Shown: piece after piece, positions 44,681 to 53,765 of the stretch
Layout: each line of letters starts with the position of its first letter
How positions within the stretch are numbered: position 1 is the first letter of the stretch
Source of the DNA: Nitrospiraceae bacterium
GTDB taxonomy: Bacteria > Nitrospirota > Thermodesulfovibrionia > UBA6902
Reading direction: 5' to 3'
Assembly (NCBI GenBank): GCA_003599025.1
Contig: QZIL01000083.1
Span: 338-64,337, forward strand
Length of the DNA: 64,000 nt
Made by a program: the position numbers and the translations under genes
The notes under the pieces: generated by a model
What the model saw: the letters and a program-made list of their open reading frames with translations, nothing else
Told to the model about the DNA's origin: nothing
Database searches by the model: none

Positions 44681-44893
44681 CTGGTTGAAATATTAATATA
44701 ATGAAAACAGCATTGTCAATAGAAGGTTGCGAAAGTAAACCAGATAGGCATAGACATGCTTGCCAGTTGCAGGTGTAATCAAGGCAAAAAAATAAAACAG
44801 TTGATTTTTAAGCTCGGAGAGTTTAACTTTATTAATACGCATAGTATCTTTTCATGAAATGTTAACTGCTATGATTATGGTGGAGGTCCTGGA

Positions 44894-45751
44894 TTGAATA
44901 TTATTTCAAAAGACGAACTGATTAACAAGGCAGGAGATCTTAAGGTCCTTCCTTTTGTCGCGAGAAAGGCACTTGAAATACTAAACGATGAAAACTGTTC
45001 CATTGAGGATTTAAGCAGTGTCATCGAAAAAGACCAGACCATCGCGGCGAGGATTCTGAAGATAGCCAACAGCGCATTGTACGGACTGAGAATGGAAGTT
45101 ACGAGCCTTCAGCATTCCTTAATGATCCTCGGCTTTAAGACATTGAGAAGCATAGTGCTGACCGCGACTACAAGGTCCCTGTATAAGAAATTCGGTATCA
45201 CGGAAAAAATTATATGGGACCATTCAGTAGGTGCTGCCATAGCAGCCAAACTTATATCAAGAGGGCATGGGAGTGATGTGGGAGACTCTGCTTTTGTCGG
45301 AGGGCTCATGCATGATCTGGGAAAGGTCATCATGAATAATGAGACACCCGAAATTTATTCCGAGGTGATGATGAAGATGTACAATGATGGGATAGATTCA
45401 ATTACTGCAGAAAAAGAAGTTTACGGATATGATCATACTGAAGTCGGTTCCGGCGTGACCGGGAAATGGAAGTTTTCTGTCCAGCTTGTGCATATTCTGA
45501 AGGAACACCATTTGAACGACTGCAGGCTTGAGGACATAAAAGATCCTCTTGCTGCAAAAAGTCTTGCCTGTGTGCACCTGGCTGATCATGTATGTAAATT
45601 GCTTGGTATAGGATACAGGGAAGCTGATGAAACGGTCCTTTTACATGAACTGAAGTCCGCGGTTTATCTTGGTTTGAATAAGGAAAAATTAGACAAGCTT
45701 GTTGAGGAGATCAGCGATACCTACAATACTGAAAAATCGGTATTTGAATAA
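44894..45751 (+). CDS. HDOD domain signalling protein
   Basis: The gene uses a TTG start with a GGAGG SD sequence 8 nt upstream. The patterns LPFVARKALEILNDENCSIEDLSSVIEKDQTIAARILKIANSALYG and GGLMHDLGK are typical of HDOD. Confidence 0.8.
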   Translation: MNIISKDELINKAGDLKVLPFVARKALEILNDENCSIEDLSSVIEKDQTIAARILKIANSALYGLRMEVTSLQHSLMILGFKTLRSIVLTATTRSLYKKFGITEKIIWDHSVGAAIAAKLISRGHGSDVGDSAFVGGLMHDLGKVIMNNETPEIYSEVMMKMYNDGIDSITAEKEVYGYDHTEVGSGVTGKWKFSVQLVHILKEHHLNDCRLEDIKDPLAAKSLACVHLADHVCKLLGIGYREADETVLLHELKSAVYLGLNKEKLDKLVEEISDTYNTEKSVFE

Positions 45752-45818
45752 GTCCGATAAAATATAAGTGCCATAATAAGCAGGATAGTGAATTGGCACT
45801 CAACTGCCGATGGACATA

Positions 45819-46160
45819 TTAATTCGAATTGCGGTGTCTGTATTTTATAACTGTAACTTTCTCCATTGTAATAAGGCCCTCACGGACAGTCTCATCGAGA
45901 AAAGGAAGTATCCTTTCTATCTTTTCCTCAGTATCAACTATTTCAATCATTACCGGAAGGTCCTCTGAAAGCCTGAGCAGTTTGATGGAATGAATGCGGC
46001 TGGCGGCCCCGTAACCCATTATCCCCCTGAAGACCGTAGCGCCTGCCAGATTAAGTTCCCTCGCTTTGAGGACTATGGCTTCATATAGCGCCTTGCCCTC
46101 ATGCAAATCTGTTTCTCCGATAAAGATCCTTAATAATTTCCCTTCTTCCGGCAGTTTCAT
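45819..46160 (-). CDS. DUF190 (PII-like) protein commonly linked to crcB
   Basis: The protein is 113 aa. The pattern LLRIFIGETDLHEGKALYEAIVLKARELNLAGATVFRGIMGYG is present. It sits immediately downstream of crcB. Confidence 0.7.
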   Translation of the reverse strand: MKLPEEGKLLRIFIGETDLHEGKALYEAIVLKARELNLAGATVFRGIMGYGAASRIHSIKLLRLSEDLPVMIEIVDTEEKIERILPFLDETVREGLITMEKVTVIKYRHRNSN

Positions 46161-46175
46161 GATTTGTACCTACCC

Positions 46176-46562
46176 TTATTTCACAAGATTTATGATATAC
46201 CTCGAAATATAAAGTCCGGCAAAGACGAGCGCTATTCCGGCAATATTGCTTGCCAGTATGTTTGATATTGCAAGGCCTGTTTCTCCGTCCCTTAGAAGGT
46301 TGCAGCTTTCCAGGCTGAAGGTCGAAAAGGTGGTGAATCCTCCGAGTATGCCGGCAAAGACAAAGTTTCTCATGCCCGGCGACATGTTTTCCATTTCAAA
46401 AAATCCCCAGAGAAGACCGATCACAAAAGATCCGGCAAGATTAACAAATAAAGTGCCCCAGGGGAAGACGCCGTCTGTATACCGGTAAGTCAGGCCGGAC
46501 AATGAATAGCGGAGCAGAGTCCCTATGGCCCCGCCGGCTGCAAGCAGAATAATTTTTGTCAT
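46176..46562 (-). CDS. crcB: Fluoride ion channel CrcB/Fluc
   Basis: MTKIILLAAGGAIGTLLRY...GGFTTFSTFS is the CrcB signature. I prefer the ATG at 46562, since the listed 45 aa N-terminal extension has no CrcB counterpart. Confidence 0.85.
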   Translation of the reverse strand: MTKIILLAAGGAIGTLLRYSLSGLTYRYTDGVFPWGTLFVNLAGSFVIGLLWGFFEMENMSPGMRNFVFAGILGGFTTFSTFSLESCNLLRDGETGLAISNILASNIAGIALVFAGLYISRYIINLVK

Positions 46563-46889
46563 AATATCAATCTCTCGTAATGTCAGGTATCTTAACAAAT
46601 TATGCATTTTGAGGGAAAGAATAACCGGCGGATAGATTATTAGAACCAGTCTCAAAATAAGATTTAATCTATTTGTCGTCATTCCATAGTATTTCAATTT
46701 TGAGATATGTTCCTATTAATGAAAATTATTAATAGTGTGATTTAAGTTATTTACAATTAGAGCCGCTTGTTATTATTATAGGGCTGACAAAATACATGGG
46801 CGGGCAGAAGAATGGGGAGCTGATGCATCAATAATATCAGCAAAGACCATGGAATTTTTCGTGGTATTCTGCGAGTAACAGGAGAAAAC

Positions 46890-48158
46890 ATGAAGAAAAT
46901 AATTGCTGCTGCAGTTCTGCTGACCGGTTTATTTCTTGTTTTAAGAAGTCAGCCTCCTGTTCATTATGATTCGGCAGTATCTGCCCCTGCAGAGTCTGCT
47001 GAAAGTGATAAGATTAAGGAAACGATCTTAAGTGAAATAAAGGGGAGTATAAAAAAGGGCGAGACCTTCTTTAATATTTTTAAAAAATACAAACTGGACA
47101 TCACTGAGCTTTTTCAGATAAGGGAAGCAGCTGCTGATGTTCACGGACTGAGGGACCTGCATCCGGGACGGGAGTACAGGATCATGGTTGATGACAATGT
47201 AAAAGTCAATTCCCTTGAATACCGGATCAACGATGATTCTATCCTGAATATAACCCGAACGGAGTCCGGCTTTTCAGCTAAAAAAATACCAATAAACTAT
47301 GAAAAGAAAATCCTGCATATCGGGAGTGTGATAAAGGACAACCTTATCTCTTCACTGGGCGAAGGCAGGGAGAACCTGGTCCTGGCGCTTGAGCTTTCGG
47401 ACATTTTTGCGTGGGACATAGATTTCAGTACTGACATAAGGAACGATGACAGCGTAAAGATTGTTGTTGAGGGTCTGTATCTGGACGGGACATTCAAAAA
47501 ATACGGTGATATTCAGTCAGCAGAATTTATCAATAACGGGCAGGTGTATAAGGCATACCGGTTTATGAATGACGGAAAGGCCGGCTACTATGATGAGACA
47601 GGTAAATCGTTTAAAAAGGCCTTCCTGAAGGCGCCTCTGAATTTCAGAAGGATAAGTTCATATTATTCCAGAAGCAGGTTCCATCCTGTATTAAGAACCT
47701 ACAGGCCCCACCATGGAGTCGATTATTCAGCACCCACAGGGACCCCGGTTTCTTCTGTCGGAGACGGGAAGGTTGTCTTTGCAGGCACAAAAGGCGGATA
47801 TGGAAGGTTTATCGCCGTCAGACATCCGAATGGTTATGAAACATACTACGGGCATTTATCAAAGATTGATAAAGGTGTTAGAAGCGGGGCCAGGGTAGAC
47901 CAGGGGCAGGTCATCGGTTATGTCGGTTCAACAGGACTGGCAACAGGACCGCACCTTCATTACGAGATGAGAATCAATAATAAACCTGTCAACCCGCTTT
48001 CCATTAAAATGCCAAGAGGTGAGTCTGTTCCAGCTAAATTGATGGCTGAATTCAGAAGCTTCAGAAACCAGATGGATACTCAGCTTGCCTCGATCAGGCC
48101 GCCGGTCTTTGCATCTGCCGAACAAAATAATGGCCTGATAAAAAGCAATCAGCTGTAA
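46890..48158 (+). CDS. M23 family peptidoglycan metallo-endopeptidase
   Basis: It has an N-terminal TM/signal segment. The motifs HHGVDYSAPTGTPV and GSTGLATGPHLHYE (HxxxD and HxH) are present. Confidence 0.85.
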   Translation: MKKIIAAAVLLTGLFLVLRSQPPVHYDSAVSAPAESAESDKIKETILSEIKGSIKKGETFFNIFKKYKLDITELFQIREAAADVHGLRDLHPGREYRIMVDDNVKVNSLEYRINDDSILNITRTESGFSAKKIPINYEKKILHIGSVIKDNLISSLGEGRENLVLALELSDIFAWDIDFSTDIRNDDSVKIVVEGLYLDGTFKKYGDIQSAEFINNGQVYKAYRFMNDGKAGYYDETGKSFKKAFLKAPLNFRRISSYYSRSRFHPVLRTYRPHHGVDYSAPTGTPVSSVGDGKVVFAGTKGGYGRFIAVRHPNGYETYYGHLSKIDKGVRSGARVDQGQVIGYVGSTGLATGPHLHYEMRINNKPVNPLSIKMPRGESVPAKLMAEFRSFRNQMDTQLASIRPPVFASAEQNNGLIKSNQL

Positions 48159-48206
48159 AAGCGGTTAAATTTGCCTCACACAAAAGCCTTCTGATATACT
48201 CAATCC

Positions 48207-48932
48207 GTGATTGTAATACCCGCGATAGATCTTAAAGACGGAAAATGTGTCCGCCTTTTGCAGGGCAGGAAGGAAGATGTTACTGTTTATTCAGACGATC
48301 CTGCTTCAATGGCAAGGCACTGGGCGGCATTCGGGGCTGAGCTTCTTCACGTTGTGGATCTTGACGGGGCTTTCACGGGAGACCAGAAAAATTTCGACAA
48401 GATAAGCGCTATCAGAAAGGCAATTGATATCCCGATTGAGGTCGGCGGTGGTATACGTGACCTTCAGAGAATTGAGCAGCTTGTTTCACTTGGCGTGGAC
48501 CGCGTGATTATCGGTACTGCTGCGGCAAGCGATCCTGAAATGGTCAGAAACGCCTCTGATAAATTCCCGGGCAGGGTACTTGTTGGAATTGACGCGAAAA
48601 ACGGAAAGGTTGCTATTAAAGGATGGGTCGAGGTGACTGAGTTTGGCGCGATAGATTTTGCACGGAAGATGCAGGACGCCGGCACAGCCGGAATTATTTA
48701 CACTGATATATCGAGGGACGGAATGCTTACCGGTCCCAATCTGGGAGCAATGGAATCCATGGTAAACGCTTTGAACATACCTGTTATTGCATCTGGCGGA
48801 GTTTCTAAAATCAGTGATGTCGAAGATCTTATGAAGACAAATAATCTCTGGGGTGTGATAACCGGAAAGGCCCTGTATGAGGGCACGATGGATTTGAAAG
48901 AAGCACTTGAATTAACAAAACGTAAAGTGTAA
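48207..48932 (+). CDS. hisA: ProFAR isomerase
   Basis: The gene uses a GTG start. The sequence [20 protein letters not shown]...VGGGIR...ASGGV matches HisA. The protein is 241 aa. Confidence 0.9.
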   Translation: MIVIPAIDLKDGKCVRLLQGRKEDVTVYSDDPASMARHWAAFGAELLHVVDLDGAFTGDQKNFDKISAIRKAIDIPIEVGGGIRDLQRIEQLVSLGVDRVIIGTAAASDPEMVRNASDKFPGRVLVGIDAKNGKVAIKGWVEVTEFGAIDFARKMQDAGTAGIIYTDISRDGMLTGPNLGAMESMVNALNIPVIASGGVSKISDVEDLMKTNNLWGVITGKALYEGTMDLKEALELTKRKV

Positions 48933-48935
48933 GGT

Positions 48936-49014
48936 TATCATACCCGCGAAAGCGGGTATCCAGACCGTTTGCAAGGTCTGCTGTATACTGGATTCCTGTA
49001 TTCACAGGAATGAC
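48936..49014. repeat. Palindromic intergenic element, ATCATACC...GGAATGAC variant
   Basis: The full sequence is TATCATACCCGCGAAAGCGGGTATCCAGACCGTTTGCAAGGTCTGCTGTATACTGGATTCCTGTATTCACAGGAATGAC. It lies in the hisA-hisF spacer. Confidence 0.75.
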
Positions 49015-49039
49015 GAACTGCAAGGAAAGAATAATTTAT

Positions 49040-49891
49040 ATGCTTGCGAAAAGAATAATACCATGTCTGGACGTAAAAGATGGACGCGTTGTGAAGGGAG
49101 TGAATTTTCAGAACCTGACCGATGCGGGAGACCCTGTTGAGAACGCGAAATTCTACGATGAGCAGGGGGCTGATGAGCTTGTGTTCCTTGACATAACAGC
49201 CTCGCATGAAAAGCGCAAGACGATTCTCGATGTAGTGGCAAGGACCGCAGATGACGTATTCATGCCTCTTACAGTGGGGGGCGGGATAAAGTCGCTTAAT
49301 GACATCAGAGACCTTCTTAATGCCGGTTGTGACAAGGTCTCGATAAATACAACTGCTGTCCGGACCCCTTACTTCATTAAAGAGGCGGCTGAAAGGTTCG
49401 GAAGCCAGTGCATAGTCGTTGCTGTAGATGCAAAAAGAGTCATTCCGGGCATGACCTTTGAGCCGGATGAGCCATGGCTTTCGTGGCTGAGCGACCCTGG
49501 ATTGAGTGAGGTAAGATTGACCACCTCTTCCAATGGTGGAGCTGTATGGGCGCTTTCAACCCACGGCGGTAGAAAAATGCGTCAGATAGATGCTGTGAAG
49601 TGGGCAAAAAAGATGGAAGACCTCGGTGCAGGGGAGATACTACTTACCAGCATGGACAGGGACGGGACAAAGATCGGCTTTGATATCGAACTTACCAGAA
49701 AGATATCAGAGGCAGTCTCTATCCCGGTCGTTGCATCAGGCGGGGTAGGGACGCTTGAACATCTCCGGGAAGGGCTTGTCGAAGGAAAGGCGGATGCTGC
49801 GCTTGCCGCATCGATTTTCCACTACAGGGAATATTCCGTGCAGGAAGCTAAAGAGTATTTAAGGTCAAAGGGCGTGCCGGTCAGGTTGTAG
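49040..49891 (+). CDS. hisF: Imidazole glycerol phosphate synthase cyclase subunit, carrying a ~32 aa in-frame insertion
   Basis: [20 protein letters not shown]... is the canonical HisF N-terminus. The listed start at 49010 lies inside the repeat element, so I prefer 49040. Motifs FLDITAS, VGGGI, DAKR and [16 protein letters not shown] are present. Confidence 0.9.
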   Translation: MLAKRIIPCLDVKDGRVVKGVNFQNLTDAGDPVENAKFYDEQGADELVFLDITASHEKRKTILDVVARTADDVFMPLTVGGGIKSLNDIRDLLNAGCDKVSINTTAVRTPYFIKEAAERFGSQCIVVAVDAKRVIPGMTFEPDEPWLSWLSDPGLSEVRLTTSSNGGAVWALSTHGGRKMRQIDAVKWAKKMEDLGAGEILLTSMDRDGTKIGFDIELTRKISEAVSIPVVASGGVGTLEHLREGLVEGKADAALAASIFHYREYSVQEAKEYLRSKGVPVRL

Positions 49892-49897
49892 AAACTT

Positions 49898-50926
49898 TTA
49901 CTTCCCGGCCCCAACCACACCCTTATTCTCAATTCTGTATTGGGCCAGAATCTCTTCCACGGCAGGCTGGACGTTTAAATTATACAGGGTATCTCCTTTA
50001 GTGACCACAACTGATACCTCATGGAGTTTTCTGGCATCGGAATATCTTGCGCAGATAGATGCTGCAAGTGCGATGGACTCGTCCGATGCCCTGCCCAGAA
50101 TAACCGTTAGCGGGCTCCCAAAACCGGGGACCTTGAATTTATAGTCATCCGGATCCGAGAGCGACTTTATTGCTTCGTTTTCTTCATTGTTTCTTCCGAC
50201 CACTATTTTGCATTCAGGAGAAAACCGGAAGTGTCTGCCTGCCCTGAGGAAGTTGATATCTTTGTATTCAGGATTGCTGTTGTGTTCCAAAAGCTCCCTG
50301 AGCTTGTAGGAGTAATTGGGTTCGGTCAGCAGGCAGCCACCTGCTGGAGCCGGATATTCAGTAAGTCCGAACTCTTCTGCAAGTGCCATCTGGGGCTTTC
50401 TTGAACGTCCGTTGAAATCAAGGAGCATGTCCCTGTTGATGAGCCCTTTCTCCTCAGCAATGGTGGCCGGAAGGAGTTTTCCGCATAACGCTCTTACAAC
50501 AAGTCCTTTAACATCTGCTGCCTTGTCAATCATCGGGAAACAGTTTTTTCTCTGGCTCATCGGTCTCTGCCCTACCACTTCCCCGGTGATCAGAAAATCA
50601 GCCCCGGTCAGCTTCATGAACTCCTTTGCTTCCTTTAACATCAGGACCCTGCAGTCAATGCAGGGGTTCATGTTTTTCCCATGACCGAACTTCGGATTTT
50701 TTACTATTTCAAGGAACTTATCAGACAGGTGCGCAAGTTTTACCTGAAACCCGAATTTGATGGATGCGGCAAACGGGTCTTTTGAACAGGATGACTTATC
50801 GCTTATATCACAGCCGAAGTGGTTCATGAATGTTACGGCAGTCACATCCACACCATGCCTCTTCATCACAAGGATTGCGAGGGTGCTGTCCAGTCCTCCG
50901 GAATATAATGCAATTGCTTTTGGCAT
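49898..50926 (-). CDS. PP-loop ATP pyrophosphatase, ThiI/MnmA-like putative sulfurtransferase (no THUMP domain)
   Basis: It has an SGGxDS PP-loop (IALYSGGLDSTLA), NPCIDCRVLM, and ITGEVVGQRPMSQ, which is similar to the ThiI AANH domain. The protein is 342 aa. Confidence 0.6.
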   Translation of the reverse strand: MPKAIALYSGGLDSTLAILVMKRHGVDVTAVTFMNHFGCDISDKSSCSKDPFAASIKFGFQVKLAHLSDKFLEIVKNPKFGHGKNMNPCIDCRVLMLKEAKEFMKLTGADFLITGEVVGQRPMSQRKNCFPMIDKAADVKGLVVRALCGKLLPATIAEEKGLINRDMLLDFNGRSRKPQMALAEEFGLTEYPAPAGGCLLTEPNYSYKLRELLEHNSNPEYKDINFLRAGRHFRFSPECKIVVGRNNEENEAIKSLSDPDDYKFKVPGFGSPLTVILGRASDESIALAASICARYSDARKLHEVSVVVTKGDTLYNLNVQPAVEEILAQYRIENKGVVGAGK

Positions 50927-50956
50927 AACTGACCTACCTCATGTAAATTTAATTTG

Positions 50957-51724
50957 TTAAGGAATATTGCAGAAGTCCAGGATTTTAAAAGCATTCTCAA
51001 TGGCCGCTGAACCGGATGGAAGGTCAAACACAGGTCTGCCTTCAAGGTCAAGATGAAAGATATTTTCATCCTCCGGGATATTGAAAATATCTGTAAAAGG
51101 AAGATCGACTCCGCTGTTTTTTATTTTCTCGAAATTCTCATCAGAAACCCTGTTTATTATAAGCTTACGTTTATCTACCTCCAGATTTAGTTCATCCACA
51201 AGACCAGTTATCCTCTGTGCTGTCTGAACACCCTTTTTGGTCGGATCACTTATTACCAGCAACAGGTCTACCTTGTGAGTAGTCCTCCTGCTCAGATGCT
51301 CCATTCCAGCTTCGTTGTCCATAACAACATATGGATATTTCTCAGCCAGTATATCTGTATATTTTCGGATTATATTATTGGCTGCACAGTAACACCCGGG
51401 GCCTTCAGGCCTGCCCATTACCATAAGGTCGAAACCTTTTGCCTCAATGACCGACTGCTGCACCTGATAGTCAAAGAGCTGTTCCATACTCATGCCGCCG
51501 GGACGTTCACCGCCGCTTCTGACAGCAGCGAGGGACTCTTCACGCAGTTTTCCTATGGTCGCATGGATCTCAACACCGAGTGCTTCATTGAGACAGGAAT
51601 TACTGTCAGCGTCAACTGCAAGTACTGCCTTTTTCTTTTTTTCTATTAGGTAGCGGACTGTCATTGCGGCAATGGTGGTCTTGCCCGTTCCGCCTTTTCC
51701 TGCAAATGCGATTACATATGCCAT
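50957..51724 (-). CDS. CooC/AcsF-like P-loop NTPase (MinD/ParA superfamily)
   Basis: It has a deviant Walker A (FAGKGGTGKTT) and a CxC metal motif (GPGCYCAANN) as in CooC-type Ni-insertion ATPases. The protein is 255 aa. Confidence 0.65.
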   Translation of the reverse strand: MAYVIAFAGKGGTGKTTIAAMTVRYLIEKKKKAVLAVDADSNSCLNEALGVEIHATIGKLREESLAAVRSGGERPGGMSMEQLFDYQVQQSVIEAKGFDLMVMGRPEGPGCYCAANNIIRKYTDILAEKYPYVVMDNEAGMEHLSRRTTHKVDLLLVISDPTKKGVQTAQRITGLVDELNLEVDKRKLIINRVSDENFEKIKNSGVDLPFTDIFNIPEDENIFHLDLEGRPVFDLPSGSAAIENAFKILDFCNIP

Positions 51725-51816
51725 GGCATTAATTATTCCTGTAGTGTCTTAATGAATTATCAGATTAAATCCTGATACCCCATTATATCAGGATTCCTCT
51801 CTCCAGTAACATGTTG

Positions 51817-53169
51817 CTAAAAAACTGGAAGCCTTGAAAGGGCCTCTTTTATCTTTTCATCAGGATATTCGTAGTCGCTCAGTTTACCTTCCATATAATC
51901 AGCATATGCCTGCAGGTCCAGATAACCATGACCGCTGAGATTAAAGAGGATGGTCTTTTCTTTCCCTTCTTCTTTGCATCTGAGCGCTTCGTCAATCACT
52001 CCTCTTATTGCGTGAGCTGTTTCAGGGGCAGGGATGATGGCTTCTGTACGCGCAAACTGTAAAGCAGCCTCAAACACGCCCATCTGATGATAGGCCTTTG
52101 CCTCCATTAATCCATCATGATATAGCTGGCATACAAGCGGGGAGTCTGCATGGTATCTCAGGCCGCCGGCATGGATTCCCGGCGGGATGAAGTCATGCCC
52201 GAGGGTATACATCATCAGGAATGGTGTAAGACCCGCTACGTCGCCATAGTCATATCTGAATTCCCCTTTTGTAAGTGTGGGGCATGAAGATGGTTCAACC
52301 GCAATCACTCTTAAGTCCTTTCCATTTATCTTGTCCTGAAGAAATGGAAAGCTTATGCCCGCAAGATTGCTGCCGCCACCGCAGCAGCCGATGATGATGT
52401 CCGGATAGTCGCCGGCGATTTCGAGCTGCTTTTTTGCTTCGAGCCCTATCACAGTCTGGTGCAGGCAAACGTGGTTTAAAACTGATCCCAGGGCGTAATT
52501 AGTATCATCACGTGTGGCAGCGTCTTCAACTGCTTCGGATATGGCGAGACCGAGGCTTCCGGGATTGTCCGGATCTGCTTCAAGCGCCTTTTTGCCTGAC
52601 TGAGTAACATTGGAAGGACTTGCATGCACAGTGGCCCCCCAGGTTTCCATGGCTATTCTCCTGTATGGTTTCTGGCTGTAGCTTACCTTGACCATATAGA
52701 CCGTGACATCGAGTCCGAAGAGATTTCCTGCCAGTGCCATGGACGAGCCCCACTGACCGGCCCCTGTTTCAGTGGCTATCCTCTTTATGCCCGCCTTTTT
52801 ATTGTAGTATGCCTGTGGTATGGAAGTATTCGGTTTATGACTTCCGGCAGGGCTTACACCTTCGTATTTATAGTAGATCTTTGCAGGAGTATCAAGCGCC
52901 TTTTCGAGCCTGTGGGCCCTGTATAGCGGTGCCGGTCTCCAGAGAGAATAAATGTCAAGCACCTCTTCAGGGATATCAATCCAGCGATCCTGGCTTACTT
53001 CCTGCTCAATCAATGCCATAGGAAAAATCGGTGACAGGTCTTTGGGGCCTATTGGTTCTCTGGTCCCCGGATGAAGGGGCGGCTTGGGAAGGTTTGGCAT
53101 GTCAGCCATGATGTTATACCATTGCTTCGGGATTTCCTTATCAGACAGAACGATCTTTGTCTCTTTCAT
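51817..53169 (-). CDS. TrpB2-type tryptophan synthase beta-like PLP enzyme
   Basis: The protein is 450 aa with the long N-terminus typical of TrpB2 ([15 protein letters not shown]) and a PLP lysine in GSHKPN. No trpA is adjacent. Confidence 0.8.
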   Translation of the reverse strand: MKETKIVLSDKEIPKQWYNIMADMPNLPKPPLHPGTREPIGPKDLSPIFPMALIEQEVSQDRWIDIPEEVLDIYSLWRPAPLYRAHRLEKALDTPAKIYYKYEGVSPAGSHKPNTSIPQAYYNKKAGIKRIATETGAGQWGSSMALAGNLFGLDVTVYMVKVSYSQKPYRRIAMETWGATVHASPSNVTQSGKKALEADPDNPGSLGLAISEAVEDAATRDDTNYALGSVLNHVCLHQTVIGLEAKKQLEIAGDYPDIIIGCCGGGSNLAGISFPFLQDKINGKDLRVIAVEPSSCPTLTKGEFRYDYGDVAGLTPFLMMYTLGHDFIPPGIHAGGLRYHADSPLVCQLYHDGLMEAKAYHQMGVFEAALQFARTEAIIPAPETAHAIRGVIDEALRCKEEGKEKTILFNLSGHGYLDLQAYADYMEGKLSDYEYPDEKIKEALSRLPVF

Positions 53170-53378
53170 GATTCCCTCCTGTTGTTATCAATAACGAAAA
53201 TTGTCTGAAAACATACACGCAGAAATGCTATTGATAATAGTAGCACAGACCACAATATAAACTGCAAATCATTTAACAATCGATCATCATTTTGTATTGA
53301 TAGATGGTAATCATGACTGGAAACTCCGTCAGTTAATTTAAGTGCCCAGCTGTTGATGATCAGGGCAGGTACTCAAAC

Positions 53379-53409
53379 AAAAAGGGCTCGGTATGTCCAA
53401 GCCCTTTTT
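53379..53409. terminator. Bidirectional hairpin terminator
   Basis: The stem is AAAAAGGGCT paired with AGCCCTTTTT around an 11 nt loop, with A/T runs on both sides. It lies 38 nt downstream of the micro-ORF stop on the minus strand. Confidence 0.7.
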
Positions 53410-53447
53410 GTCAGATACATGCTGTCTATACTGTACCTTATTTCTTT

Positions 53448-53501
53448 TTCTTCTTGGCCGGTGCTGCAGGTTTTGCCTTTGCCTTTGCCATGCATTCTCC
53501 T
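53448..53501 (-). CDS. 17-codon Lys/Ala-rich micro-ORF (MAKAKAKPAAPAKKKKK)
   Basis: It is not in the supplied ORF track because it is too short. The ATG is preceded by AAAGGAGA at 4-5 nt spacing. An in-frame stop lies 27 nt upstream, the ORF ends with a TAA stop, and a hairpin terminator follows. Confidence 0.4.
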
Positions 53502-53691
53502 TTCTCTATTGCAACCTGTTATGCTTGCAATGAATTTGAATAATAATTTCGGTAGTTGCATGCCAAAACTTTAGGGTTGTCTGTTATGCCACTCACATTT
53601 TAAATCAACTAAAAAGCAGTTTAAACAGAGGAACGGAGAAACAGAGATAAATAAAGGCTGCTTAGTGTCTCTCCATAAATCTGATCTATTT

Positions 53692-53765
53692 GTCATAGCA
53701 GCGGAAGCTGGTACCCGGGACCTATTGAAATGCCTGGATTCCGGCTTAAGGACTGCCGGAATGAC
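53692..53765. repeat. Palindromic intergenic element, degenerate left end, ...CCGGAATGAC right end
   Basis: The sequence is GTCATAGCAGCGGAAGCTGG...GCCTGGATTCCGGCTTAAGGACTGCCGGAATGAC. It is flanked by a second, imperfect inverted repeat pair (53621-53656 and 53825-53856). Confidence 0.6.

Noticed and set aside
46563-46889. A fluoride riboswitch (crcB motif) expected upstream of crcB-DUF190.
   Set aside because: I read both strands and found neither the GGnGAUGG...CUGAUGAUGCCUAC-type conserved segments nor the pseudoknot arrangement. Only an unrelated small hairpin is present (GCTGAT...ATCAGC at 46819-46841). A cmscan run would be the decisive check.
53448-53501. The micro-ORF as a trp-type attenuation leader for the downstream TrpB2 gene.
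   Set aside because: It has no Trp codons. The terminator follows with no alternative antiterminator pairing that I could find, and about 210 nt separate the terminator from trpB2.
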